Positions 53,498-64,000 of a stretch of DNA of 64,000 nucleotides are shown here, one piece after another. The translations under genes were made by a program, and so were the position numbers. The notes under the pieces were generated by a model. The model saw only the letters and a list, made by a program, of their open reading frames with translations, was not told where the DNA came from and ran no database searches. Location: NCBI GenBank assembly GCA_965240325.2, contig OZ251253.1, positions 620,001 through 684,000 of the forward strand. The letters are read 5' to 3'. How positions within the stretch are numbered: position 1 is the stretch's first letter; each line of letters begins with the position of its first letter. This DNA is from Rebecca billardiae RCC1528. Its lineage: Eukaryota; Protista; Haptophyta.

Positions 53498-56400
53498 TCA
53501 GTGCTGCGGCTGGTTGCTCTGGCTCACGGTCGGTGCGTCGGCTGCCACGCCTACGTGGCTCGTCGCCGCGCCGCCGCCGCCCGCCGCGCCCGCCGCCCTC
53601 GGCGGCGCGGGCGGCGCGCCGGCGTCGAGCTCGGCCGTCGTCCCGTCGCCGCCCGGCTCGCCGCCGCCCGGCCGGCCGCCGCCGCCGCCGCCGGTCCCCG
53701 CGGCCGCGGCGCCGGCGCCGGCCGCCGTCGGCGCGGCGCGGCTGCCCGCGCCGCCACTCGCGGCCCCGCCGGGCGCGTGCGGCGGCTGGCCGCCGCCGCC
53801 AGCGCCGCCGCCCGGCTCGTCGCCGTCGCCGTCGGCCGCGGCGGCGGGCGCGTCCGCCACGCTGCCGTGCTCCGCGCGGCGGCGCGCGTTGCGCCCGGCG
53901 TTCTTGCCCTGGTTGCGCGCGCGCTTGGCGGCGCGCGCGTCGAGCACCGCCGCCTCCGCCTCGCCCTCGCACGCGCCCTCGGGCTCGTCGCCCGCCGGCC
54001 GCTTCTGCGCGGCGGTGTGCGCCGTCTTGCGCGTGCCGGGGCCCCAGTCGGGCGCCGGGTTCTGCGGGAAGCGAGTCACGCCCTCTGCGCCGCCCGCCTT
54101 GCCAATGGCGCGCGCGGCGGCGGCGGACGCGCGGAGCTGCGCGTCGAGGCGCGGAGGCCTGGCGAGGATCGCGGTGGCGGGCGAGGTGGGCGAGCCGCCC
54201 TTCACCGGGTTCTGCCGCACCCAGCAGCGCAGCACGTCCCAAATCGCCTCGAACGGCGCGTCTGTCTTGAGGCCGGTGTGGGACGCGTGTGTGCGTGACA
54301 CGCGGTGGCCCGCCTCGAGCAGCGCCGTCACGAAGTGCGCGAGCGGCGGCGTCTGGCAGTGGAGCACGCCGCACAGCGCGGAGAGGTCCACGTACAGCGG
54401 CGCGTCGGGCAGCTCCTCCGACACCGTCGTGAGCAGCCCGAGCAGCTTGTGCTGCGCGGCATACGCATGCGCGCCCACAGGCTGCCCCGCGCGGCCGCGC
54501 CCCTCGCCCGCGCGCAGCTCGGCGAGCGCGGCCGCGACGGCGGTCGGCTCGTGCAGCGGGCCTGCCCAGAGCGGCCCGCCGATGTGGTGCCCGCGGCCGC
54601 AGTGCGCGCACGCGCGGTCGAGCGGCGGCGGCGCGCCGGGCACGAACTTGGGCGCGCGCCCCGCGCCGCGCTCCACGCTGCGGCCGAGGGGCGCTAGGGA
54701 GAACGCCTCGCAGCCGTGGCACTGGTACAGGTAGGCGCGCTTGGCGGCGGCGCGCTTCACCTCGGCGGCGGAGGTGAAGACGCGCACGAACACGCGCACG
54801 TAAAAGTCGATGGAGACGGCGAGCTGCGGCACGATGTACCGCTTGTACCGCGCCGCGTGCGAGTCGATGGAGGCCAGCAGGATGCGCAGCGCCATCTCGT
54901 GGCAGTGCTTGCCCCGCAGCGGGTAACTGCGCGTGCGGCGTGCGCGCGGCGGGGCGCGGCGGGGCGGCGGCGTGAGCGGCGGCGTGCGTGGCGGCGTGAG
55001 CGGCGGACCGCGCGGCGGAATACGCGCGCGCGGCGTCCAGCCCGCCCCCGCCCCCCTTCCACGCACCTGCCGTACTTGGCGAAGCACGCCTCGCCGTGGT
55101 TGCCGCTGAGCACCGCCATGTCTGTGCAGGTCACGGCCAGCAGCCCGCCCTCCGCCACCGCCTGGACCGCGCCGTCGAGGAAGGGCGCGGCGGTGCCGTA
55201 CGGGTCGAGGTCGATCAGGTGGAAGCGCCGGTGCGTCGGCAGCCGGTGCCGGTACAGCAGCTCCGCCGCGTCGCCGAGCGCGGGCTGCACGCGCGCGGCC
55301 ACACCCGGCCCATTGCGCTGCGCGTTGGAGCCGATCGCCGCGACGGCAGCGGCGGAGATGTCGTTGGCGAGAATGTACTCCGCGCCGGGCACCTCGTGCG
55401 CGTAGCGCAGCGCGCGCAGGCCTGCGCGCGCGCGCGCGAGCGGCGGGCGCGCGCGAGGGCGGGCGGGCGCACCCGCGCCTCAGCCCGCGCGCGCCGCCGG
55501 GCCAGCACTCGCGCCGGAGAGTGGCGCGGCGCGCAGCCGCGGCCGCGCGCCGCGCCGCGCGCGCGCGCCGCACCCGAGGCGGACAGGGCGTCGAGGATGC
55601 GGAGGCCCTGCGGCGGGGCGGCGTGGTGGTGGTGGTGCTGCGCCGCGGCGGCAGTCGCGCCGCCGCCGTCCACGCCGCCGCCGTCCGCGCCGCCGCCCGC
55701 GCCCGCCGTCGGCGCCGCCGCCGCGTCCGCGCCACCGCCGCCCGCTGCCGCCGTCGCTGTCGCGCCCGCGTCCGCAGCCGCGCCACCGCCACCGCTGCCG
55801 CCGCTCCCGCCCACGCCGTAGCTCGACACGACGTCAGCAGCGCGCTCGGCCGCGTGGTGCTGCGCGCCGGGGGGCGGCCCGCCCGTCTCCCCGTGCGCAT
55901 CGCCGTCCGCGTCCGCCGCGGCGGGCGCGCCCGCGCCGCCGCCGCGCCTGCGCGCGGCTGCGCGCCGCGGGGGGAGCGCGCGCGCGCGCGTGCGTGTGAG
56001 CCCCCACGCTGCTGCCGCGCTGCTGCCGCGCTGGTGCGGTGCGCCGAGTGCGCCGAGTGCCGAGTGCCGAGCGCAGAGCGCCGAGCGCCGCGTGCTGGGT
56101 GCCGCGTGCTGGGTGCATGCATTGAGATGTGCAGCCTCGCGCGCTCGGGCCCATCAGCCCCAGCAGCTCTCTCTCTCTCTAGCGCGCGCAGTGGCTCGGC
56201 GCGGACCGCTCCCCCCTCGCGCCCCCGCGGCCCCAGCCACTCCCCCCCGGCCAACCCGCGCGCACGCCCCCGCCGCGGCGTGCCGCGCCCCGCTGTGGCG
56301 GCGCCGCCCCGCCGCCGCACCTTTGGCCGCCGCCTCTTCGGCAAACTGCTTGGCAAACACCTTGGCCATGATCATCGAGAGGTCGCGGTTGGTGCACTGG

Positions 56401-56543
56401 ACGTGGTTGTAGAAGACGTCCTTGCGCGAGCTGAAGTACAGCGTCGCGCCGCCCTCCGACACCGTGATGCACTCCTCGCCGCCCGGGGGCGCGGCCGCCG
56501 TCGACGAGACGGCGTGCGCGCCGCCGCCGGCGGGCGACGCCAT
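53498..56543 (-). CDS. TRM1: tRNA (guanine26-N2,N2)-dimethyltransferase; exons 56543-56321, 55957-55574, 55421-55067, 54926-53498
   Basis: VFYNHVQCTNRDLS, LRILDALSASGLRALRY, ILAND, LIDLDPYGTAAPFLDGAVQ, GGLLAVTCTDMAVL, HEMALRILL, DFYVRVFVRV, CxxC..CxxC, GPLWAGPLH, VSRTH, KTDAP, NPAPDWGP. Confidence 0.96.
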
Positions 56544-56862
56544 CGGCGGTGGGTGGGCGCGCAGGAGGCGGGGGCGCGCGCGGCGGAGGAGCCGGGCGAG
56601 GGGCGTGGCGACACGCGCGCGTGCGCCGTGCGCTGTGCGCCCGCCGAGCCGGGGCCGCCGACGACGGCGGCGGGGCGGCAGCTCCGGCCACGGGCGCGCG
56701 ACGTGCGGGCTCGCGGGAGCTCGTGATGCCGCCGCTCGCGAGAGCTGCGCACCCGCGAGCCACGCCACGGCGGGCTGGCGGCCGGCCTGCAGTGCCAGAC
56801 TGGCCGCTGCATCAGCATGGCGGCGGCGGCCGGCTGCGTGATGGCGTAGGGAGGGAGAGAGG

Positions 56863-58205
56863 ATGGAGGAGGCGGAGCCCACCGAGACGTTCATCCACGA
56901 GCGCGACTTTGACGACTGCGACGCGCTCCTCGACCCGCGCATCGGCGAGGGCTGGCAGCCATTCTTCCACACCGCAGACATCCAGGTGGGTGCGCACACG
57001 CCACCCGGGGGGGGAGGGCAGCCGGCGCGCCGACCGAGTTGCGCGCGCGCGAGTGCGAGAGAGAGAGGGGGCCGGAGATCGCGGCGCGCGAGGCGCGCGA
57101 CGGCGGGTGGCGCGCGCGGGCCTTCCGCGCCACGCGCGCCCACACGCCGCCCTCTCCCCCCCACCCGCGCTCGCGGCGCGGCGCTCCGTCGCGCCCGGCC
57201 GCTCCGCCGCCGCGCCGCCGCGCCGCCGCGCCGCCGCGCAGGTGCGCCGGCGCGCGCTGGACGGCTCGTCGCTCTCCGAGTTCCGGCTGGACGGGACGTT
57301 CCCCACGCCCGCCGCCCTCTTCTTCGAGGTGCTCACCACAGCCGAGTACCGCGCCACCTACGACAAGTTCACCGCGCGGCTGCGCACGCTGCGCACACTC
57401 GAGGCACAGGGCACGGACATCGTGCACTGGCGGCTGCGGCTGCCGCTGCTCGCCGAGCGGGACTACGTGTACGCGCGCAAGGCGAAGCTCGACCTGGGCG
57501 CGCCCGGCGGCGCGGCGTACCGCCTCGTCTCCCTCGCCACGCCGCGCGGCGCCTTTGCCCCCACAGAGCCGGGGGTGGTGCGCGTCGAGCGGTACGTGAG
57601 CAAGTGCCTCATCCGCGCGCTCGGCCCCGAGCGGTGCGCGGTGCACCTGCACGCGTCGCAGGACCTCAAGGGTGCGTCGGGCGGCGCGCCGCGCGCCCGC
57701 CGACCCGCGCCCTCTGCTGCCGCCGCGGCTCACGCGCGCAGCCGCGACCGCGCGACCGCCGCCCGCCGCCCGCCGCCCGCCGCCGCGGCCGCTGCGGCCG
57801 CTGCGGCCGCTGCGCCGCGCCGCTGCCCTCTGCGCGCGCAGGCACCGTGCCGTCGATGGTGCTCGACTTCTTCGCCTCCACCGGCCTCGCCGCGCTCGTC
57901 GGCTCGCACCGCCGCGCGTGCGCAGCCTACCCCGCGTGGCGCGCCGCGCACCGCGGGCCGCTCACGCGCGTGACTGTGCTGCAGGAGAGCTCGGCGGCGG
58001 GCGGCGGCGGGGGCGGCGGCGGGGCGGCGGAGGCGCGCGCGGGGGCGGGGGAGGAGGGGCTCGGCGCGGGCGGGGAGACGCTGGCCACGCCGCGCACAGC
58101 GCCGCCGCGCGGCGCGGCCGACGGCGCCGGCCACCATCGCACCGGTAGCGACCCGACGGCGGCGCTGGGCGCGCGCGCCGCCGCGCCGGGCGGCGGCGCG
58201 GCCGA

Positions 58206-58237
<32 letters not shown>

Positions 58238-60293
58238 GCAGCGACTTTGGGCGGCTGCACGCTGGTGCGCGCGGCTGGGCGGCGTGGCGCGTGCCGTCGC
58301 GCCGCGGGCCGCGCCGCGGGCCGCGCCGCCGCGCCGCGCGCGGCGCACAGGCCGCCCCGTGCGCGCGCGCTCAGCCGCGGCCGTGGCCGCGCCCGCCAAC
58401 CACGCGCCCCGCGCCGCGCGCCGCGCGCAGGCGGCGGCCACGCGCGCGCTGGGAGCGGGCGCATGTCGTCGGCTCTGCTCGAGCGGCTCCGCACCTCCGT
58501 GGCGGTGGTGGCGTCGGCGGCGGCCGAGGGCGGCGCGGGCGTCGCCGCGGCCGCGTCGGGCGCGGCGCTGAGCGCAAGCCGCGCCGTCGCCGCGCCCAAG
58601 CTGCCGCCGGCGGGCGCGGAGGTGGGCGCACTCGCGCAAGCGAAGCCGGCGGCGGCGCGTGAGCCGTGCGCGCCGACGGCTCGGTGGGTGTCGCGGCCCA
58701 CGCGCGCACGCCTGACCCTCCCCACCCCGCCCCCCCGCGCACGGCCGCGCCCTCCGCCCGCCCTCGCCCCGCGCGCGCGATGTGTGTGCGGATGCGCCGC
58801 GCCGCCCGCAGGCGGCCGCGGGCGTGACATCGGATTACCTCGCGCTGCTCAGAGGGGAGCCTGTGAGACTTACGGAGGAGCGGCCGCCGCCCTCCTCGCC
58901 GCCGCAGCTGCCGCCGCCGCCGCCCGGGGGCGAGGGCGGCGGCCGCCCGGACGGCGCCGCCGCCGCCACCGCCTCCACCGCCACCAGCGGCGGCGCGCAG
59001 TGGTGGCACGCGCCCGCCCACGAGTGCACCTCCCTGTCGCAGCTGCGGCTCGGCGTGGCCTACCGCACGCAGCGCGGCTCGCTCGTGCGGCGCGTGGGGC
59101 TGCGCGCTGCCCTGCTGGACGGCCGGATCGAGATGGCGATCGCGGACGAGGCGGGGGCGGCGCGGCGGCGGCACAGCGGCCCCTCCGCGCAGGGCGGCGC
59201 CGCGTGCGCCGCACCCGCCGCCACCGCCGCCGCCGCCGGCGGCGCGGAGCCACAGCAGAGGGAGGGCGGCGCGGCGGCCGCGGCCGCACCGGCGGGCGCG
59301 GCGGCGGGCGGCGGCGCGGAGGCGGCGAGCGCGCGGCGCGCGTCCACGCCCGCCGGCGCGCTGGGCGCGGCGCCGCCCGCGCCGCCCGCGCCGCGCAGCC
59401 TCGCCGCCGCGCCGCCGCCCGCGCTCGAGAGCGCGAGCGCGCGCGCCGCGCCGGACGCCGCCGCCGCGTGCGCCGACGCGGCCGCGTGCGCGTGCACCGA
59501 CTCTGCTCCGCGCGCGTCGCCCCCGCTGCGCGCGCACCACTCCTGCCAGCGGTGCGGCGCGCTCGCCGGCGGCGGCGCCGACGCGGCACGTGGCGGCGGC
59601 GGCGGCGGCGACGCGGCGGCGACGCCCGCGCTCGCCGCGGCGGCGCGCGGCGTGCGGCTGGGCGGCGCGCGCCTCCTTCGCGCGGTCGAGGCCGGAGCGG
59701 CCTCGCTGCCTGAGAGCCGCGCCAAGCGCGCCGCCGCCGCCGCCGTGAGCGCGATCGCGGACGCGGCGGGCGGCGGGGCGCGCGGCGCGGCGGCGGGCGC
59801 GCGCGGCGGCGCGCACGGTGCGTTCCCGCACCCGCCCGCCGCGCCGGCCTCGCCGCGCGCCGCCGCCGACGCCGCGGCGCAGCTGGCCGTGGACACGTGC
59901 GAGGCGCGCGTCTCGCGCGCCGAGGCGGCGGTGCAGGCGGAGTTTGGCGCGCGGCGGCGCGCGGTCGCCGCGCACGAGCTGTGCGCGCGCCGGCTGGCCG
60001 CGCTCGAGGGGCGCGCGGCGGACGCAGAGCTCGAGACGCTCGCGGCGCGGCACGAGATGGGCGCGCTGGCCAAGCAGCTCGGCGCGCTCGAGGCCGAGGG
60101 GCCGCGCCGCCTCGCCGCGCGCCGCCGCGCGGCCGACGCGGCCGAGGCCGAGCGCCGCCGCCTCGACGCCCTCGCCGCGGCGCGCGCGCACGCCGCGCAC
60201 AACGCGCCGCCGCCGCGCGCGCCGCACGCGCGCGACGGGTACGACCTCAACCTCACGCTGCTCGAGCGCCTCTCGCAGCAGATGGGGATCTGA
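56863..60293 (+). CDS. START-domain (PCTP/StARD7-like) lipid-transfer protein with long C-terminal extension and coiled coil; exons 56863-56985, 57242-57671, 57842-58264, 58431-58621, 58812-60293
   Basis: GWQPFF, EYRATYDK, IVHWRLRLPLLAERDYVYAR, PGVVRVERY, DLKGTVPSMVLD; four GT-AG introns in matching phase (last two less certain). Confidence 0.8.
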
Positions 60294-60712
60294 CGCGCCG
60301 CGCCGCGGCGCCGACGGGCGCGGTACGCGCGACGACTGATCGATGCCACTACGGCGACGCGACGCGACGACGACTACCGGATGCTCAGACCGGCGGGTAG
60401 TGGACGCGGCAGACGCGTCCCTACCCGGCGACGCGTCCCGTCGACGAGTACTCATCATCAGGTCATAAGTGCGCTGAGCAGTATACTCGCGTCGTATAAC
60501 TGCGCCGCGGCATCGTCAATATACTCGCGCTACTACGGTAGCCAGTGCGCGCTCAATAATGCGCGCGCTATAGAGAGAGATAGAGAAAGAGAGCCAGCAG
60601 AGAGAGAGCGCGCATTTCGTCGTCGATCGTCTGAGTGCATCTGACGACGGCTGTGCCGCGCCGGCCCGCGGCCTCGGTCTCTCGAGCGCCCCCGCCCCTG
60701 CCGCGGCGCCCC

Positions 60713-60779
60713 CTACGCGCCGGGCGGCGGCGGCCTGGGCAGGCCGGCTGCGGCGAGCCGCGCGCTGAGCGGCAGGCCG

Positions 60780-60839
<60 letters not shown>

Positions 60840-61419
60840 GGGCCCTCCGAGTCCTCCGCCGCCGCGGCCGCGTCGTCGCGCTCGGCGCCGCCGGCGCCGG
60901 CATCGTCCGCCGCGGGCTGCTCCGCCTCCTGTGGCACACAGCGCGCCGCCACGCACGCGCCGCGCGCGCGGGCGCGTCTCAGCAGGGGCGTGCGCGCGGG
61001 CCGCCGGCTGGGCGTTGGGCTGCCCGGGGGGCGGGCGGGCCGCGGGGCGGAGGGAGGGGCAGGGGGGCGCACGGCGTGCGCACGCACGCGCCGCGCGCGC
61101 ACCTCGCCCTCCGGCGCTCCCTCCGCGTCGGCGGCTGAGGCGTGTGGCGCGCCCGCTGCCGCCATCGCGCCTGGCTCGGTCGGCAGCGGAGGCGCGCGGA
61201 CGGGGCTGTGGAGCGCGCGCGGCGCGGGGGGCGCCTTGGCGCTGGGCGGCGCGGCCGGGGGCTGCGCGCCGCCGCCCTCGTCCTGCGTGAGCGCAAGCGG
61301 CTGAGACCCGTCCGCTGCATCGGCCAGCTCTTGCGAGCGCGCGTCGGCGTCCGCGCCGTCCCCAGTCGCCTCCGCCGCCTCCGCCTCCTCCGCCTCCTCC
61401 GCCGCGTCTGACGCCTCCA

Positions 61420-61453
<34 letters not shown>

Positions 61454-62521
61454 CTCTGCCGCCTCCTCGGGCAGAGCGAGTGTGGCGGCCGCACCGCCAG
61501 AGGCGCCGCCAGAGGCACCGCCAGCGCCCGCGGCGCCGTCCGGCGCGGCCAGCGCGGCCAGCGCGCGCTCGGCTGAGGCTGAGGCTGGCATCGGCGGCGT
61601 CGGCGCGCGCTGCGGCGAGTGCGGCGCGCCGCCGACGCGCGGCGGCGGCTGGGCAACGGCGGCCGCGTCGGGCGGCGGTGGGCTCGGCTGCGCGCGGCTG
61701 CCGGCGCCAGCCTCGGCGCCCTTGCCGGCTGGCGGCGGCGGCGCGGCGGGCGCGCTCGGCGCGCCATCAGCGGCGTCCGCGCATGCCGCCGGCAAGGGCG
61801 GCGAGGCGGCGCGGAGCTCGTGTGACGGAGGCGGCTCCTGCGTCTCCGCCTCGCCGGGCTCGGCGGTGGCGGTTGGGAGCGCGGACTCCGCCTCCGCCTC
61901 CGCCTCGGCCTCGGCCTCCGCCTCCGCCTCGGCCTCCGCCTCCGCCTCCGCCTCCGCCTCCGCCTCCGCCTCCGCCTCCGCCTCCGCCTCCGCCTCCGCC
62001 TCCGCCTCCGCCTCCGCCTCCGCCTCCGCCGCCGCCGCCGCCTCCGCCGCCGCCGCCGCCGCCGCCGCCGCCTCCGCCTCCGCCTCCGCCTCCGCCTCCG
62101 CCTCCGCCTCCGCCTCCTCCGCCGCCGCCGCCGCCGCCGCCGCCCCCGCCTCCGCCGCCGCCGCCGCCGCCGCCTCCGCCTCCGCCTCCGCCTCCGCCTC
62201 CGCCTCCGCCGCCGCCTCCGCCTCCGCCTCCGCCTCCGCCTCCACCTCCGCCTCCGCCTCCGCCTCCGCCTCCGCCTCCGCCTCCGCCTCCGCCTCCGCC
62301 TCCGCCTCCGCCTCCGCCTCCGCCTCCGCCTCCGCCTCCGCCTCGATCGCCGCCGCCTCCGCCTCGCCGTAGCCCTCCGCCTCCTGCGCGTCCTCCGCGT
62401 CGTCAGGCAGCTCGTCAGCGTCTGCGTCCGCGTCAGTTGCCATCGTCGCCATCGCCTCGGAGGGCTCGTAGCCCTCGCCCTCCTCCTCCTCCTCCTCCTC
62501 CTCCTCCTCCTCCTCCTCCTC

Positions 62522-62564
<43 letters not shown>

Positions 62565-63107
62565 ATATCGTCGGCGGCGTCGCCATCGCCCGCCTCGCCG
62601 CCGCGCCGCGCAGCGTCAGCAGGCAGCAGCGCCGCCGCTGCGTGCGCGCTCGGCGGCTGTGCCGGGTGCGCGCCCGGGTGCGGCGGTGCGCATGCGTGCG
62701 CCCCCCCCGCCTCCTCCACAGCCTCGGGCATGGCGGCAGCGCACGCGGCGGCGGCGGCCGCCTTGTCTGCCTGCGAGCGCGCGGGCTGGGCCGAGGCGGC
62801 GGCGGCGGCGGCGGCGGCGCTCGGCCGCGGCTCCGCGCGGCCGCCGGCCGCCGTGCCGCCCTTGGCGCGGCCGCTGCCAGCTTGCCTGGGCGCGGCTGCA
62901 GCGCTGCCGGCCGCCGCGGCCGCCGCGTGCTGCTGCGCTGCCGCGTGCTGCGCCGCGTGCTGCGCTTGCACCGCCGACTTGAGCCGCTCGAGCGTGGCGC
63001 TGTCGGAGGTGTGCGGCTGCTGCTGCTGCTGCAGCAGCAGCTGCTGCTGCCACTGCTGCGGCTGCTGCTGCGCGGGCGGCTGCGACACCTGCGCCATCGC
63101 CAGCGTG

Positions 63108-63173
<66 letters not shown>

Positions 63174-63650
63174 GCACAGCAGGCGTGCTGAGGCGCGCCG
63201 CCGACCATCGCGCCGCTGGTGGGCTGCAGCTGCGGGCGCGCGCGCGCGCAGGGCCATGGGCAGGGGACGGGGGCGCGGAGCTGAGCGCGCGGCCGGGCGC
63301 CGCGCTCCGCTCCGCTTGCTCCGCGCGAGCGCGCGCGCCGCACGGCGCTGCGTGTGTGCGTGTGTGCGTCGCGTGCGCGCACGTGCTGCTGCTGCTGCTG
63401 CACGCCCTGCGCGCAGTGCGGCCCGATCGGGTGCGCGCAGTGCGCGGGCGGCGCGCCCATCGCGTGCGAGTGACCCGGCTGCCGCTGCTGCCCCTGCGCC
63501 ACCGCCGCCGCCGCCGCCGCCGCGGCCTCGTAGTCATACTCGTAGCCCAGCGCGGACACGCCCATCTGCTGCGCGTACGCGACGGGCGGCTGCTGCCGCG
63601 GCTGCTGCTGCTGCGCCCACGGCTGCTGCTGCTGCGCGTACTGGTAGCCG

Positions 63651-63695
<45 letters not shown>

Positions 63696-64000
63696 GGCTG
63701 CAGCTGCTGCTGCGGCTGCTGCTGCTGCTGCGCGGGCATGGCGTACACCGCTGCGCCCATCTGCTGCGCCTGCGCCCACGGCTGCGGCCCCTGGCCCCAC
63801 TGCGCCTGCGGCGGCCCCTGCTGCCCCCACTGCCCCTGCGCCTGCGCCGCCCCCTGCGCCCCGAACACCGAGCTCAGCGTGGTGAGCGCGTACCCGTGCG
63901 TCGCGTGTTGGATGTACATCATGCCGGGCGGCGGCGGCGGCAGGCCGGGCGGCACGGCGAGGGCGTGCGGCGGGAGCTGCGGCGCGGGCTGCGGCGCGTG
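60713..64000 (-). CDS. 3' part of a low-complexity protein (poly-Q, EA dipeptide repeat, D/E tracts); 5' end outside the window
   Basis: Open frame with Q/P/G-rich segment, (EA)n and poly-D/E; probable in-frame intron 60929-61102 and another near 63230-63380; no recognisable domain. Confidence 0.6.
61886..62345. repeat. (GCCTCC)n/(GCC)n coding microsatellite encoding Glu-Ala repeats
   Basis: Read directly. Confidence 0.95.

Noticed and set aside
1-64000. Bacterial (actinomycete-like) origin; rRNA or tRNA genes
   Set aside because: Consistent spliceosomal introns and eukaryotic gene families; no rRNA or tRNA structure recognised by eye

Overview
Very GC-rich eukaryotic nuclear DNA: compact genes, short GC-rich GT(GC)-AG introns (donor GTGCG, acceptor GCGCAG) and Ala/Gly-rich low-complexity proteins. 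This style suggests a haptophyte alga such as Pavlovophyceae/Diacronema, but the taxon is an inference. Most long ORFs in the supplied track are antisense or off-frame shadows. After manual splicing I support about 16 protein genes: polysaccharide pyruvyltransferase, two sulfotransferase-like proteins, a tail-anchored protein, F-box/RCC1, GH47/EDEM-like mannosidase, a P4H-like 2OG-Fe(II) oxygenase, a PPR-like+SET protein, a multi-TM TIR-like protein, a CS-domain protein, a PlsC/DAGAT-type acyltransferase, an NRPS-like enzyme, a DUF3431-like protein, TRM1, a START-domain protein and a partial Q/EA-rich protein. Two accessory regions (20.2-28.2 kb and 45.4-53.4 kb) consist of nested non-autonomous TIR elements, palindromic or tandem arrays and captured gene fragments. 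The top candidate for an undescribed system is the intron-containing, stand-alone NRPS-like gene at 40096-45199 (-). Its architecture is A - N-methyltransferase - PCP - TEII-like thioesterase with no condensation domain, which suggests a tethered N-methyl-amino-acid (betaine-type) synthetase. Next are a membrane-anchored TIR-like protein with an intact WCxxE motif, a PPR-SET fusion, and an 8-kb Pack-type transposon. No rRNA, tRNA or CRISPR array was recognised. All family assignments come from motif recognition by eye; no database search was run.
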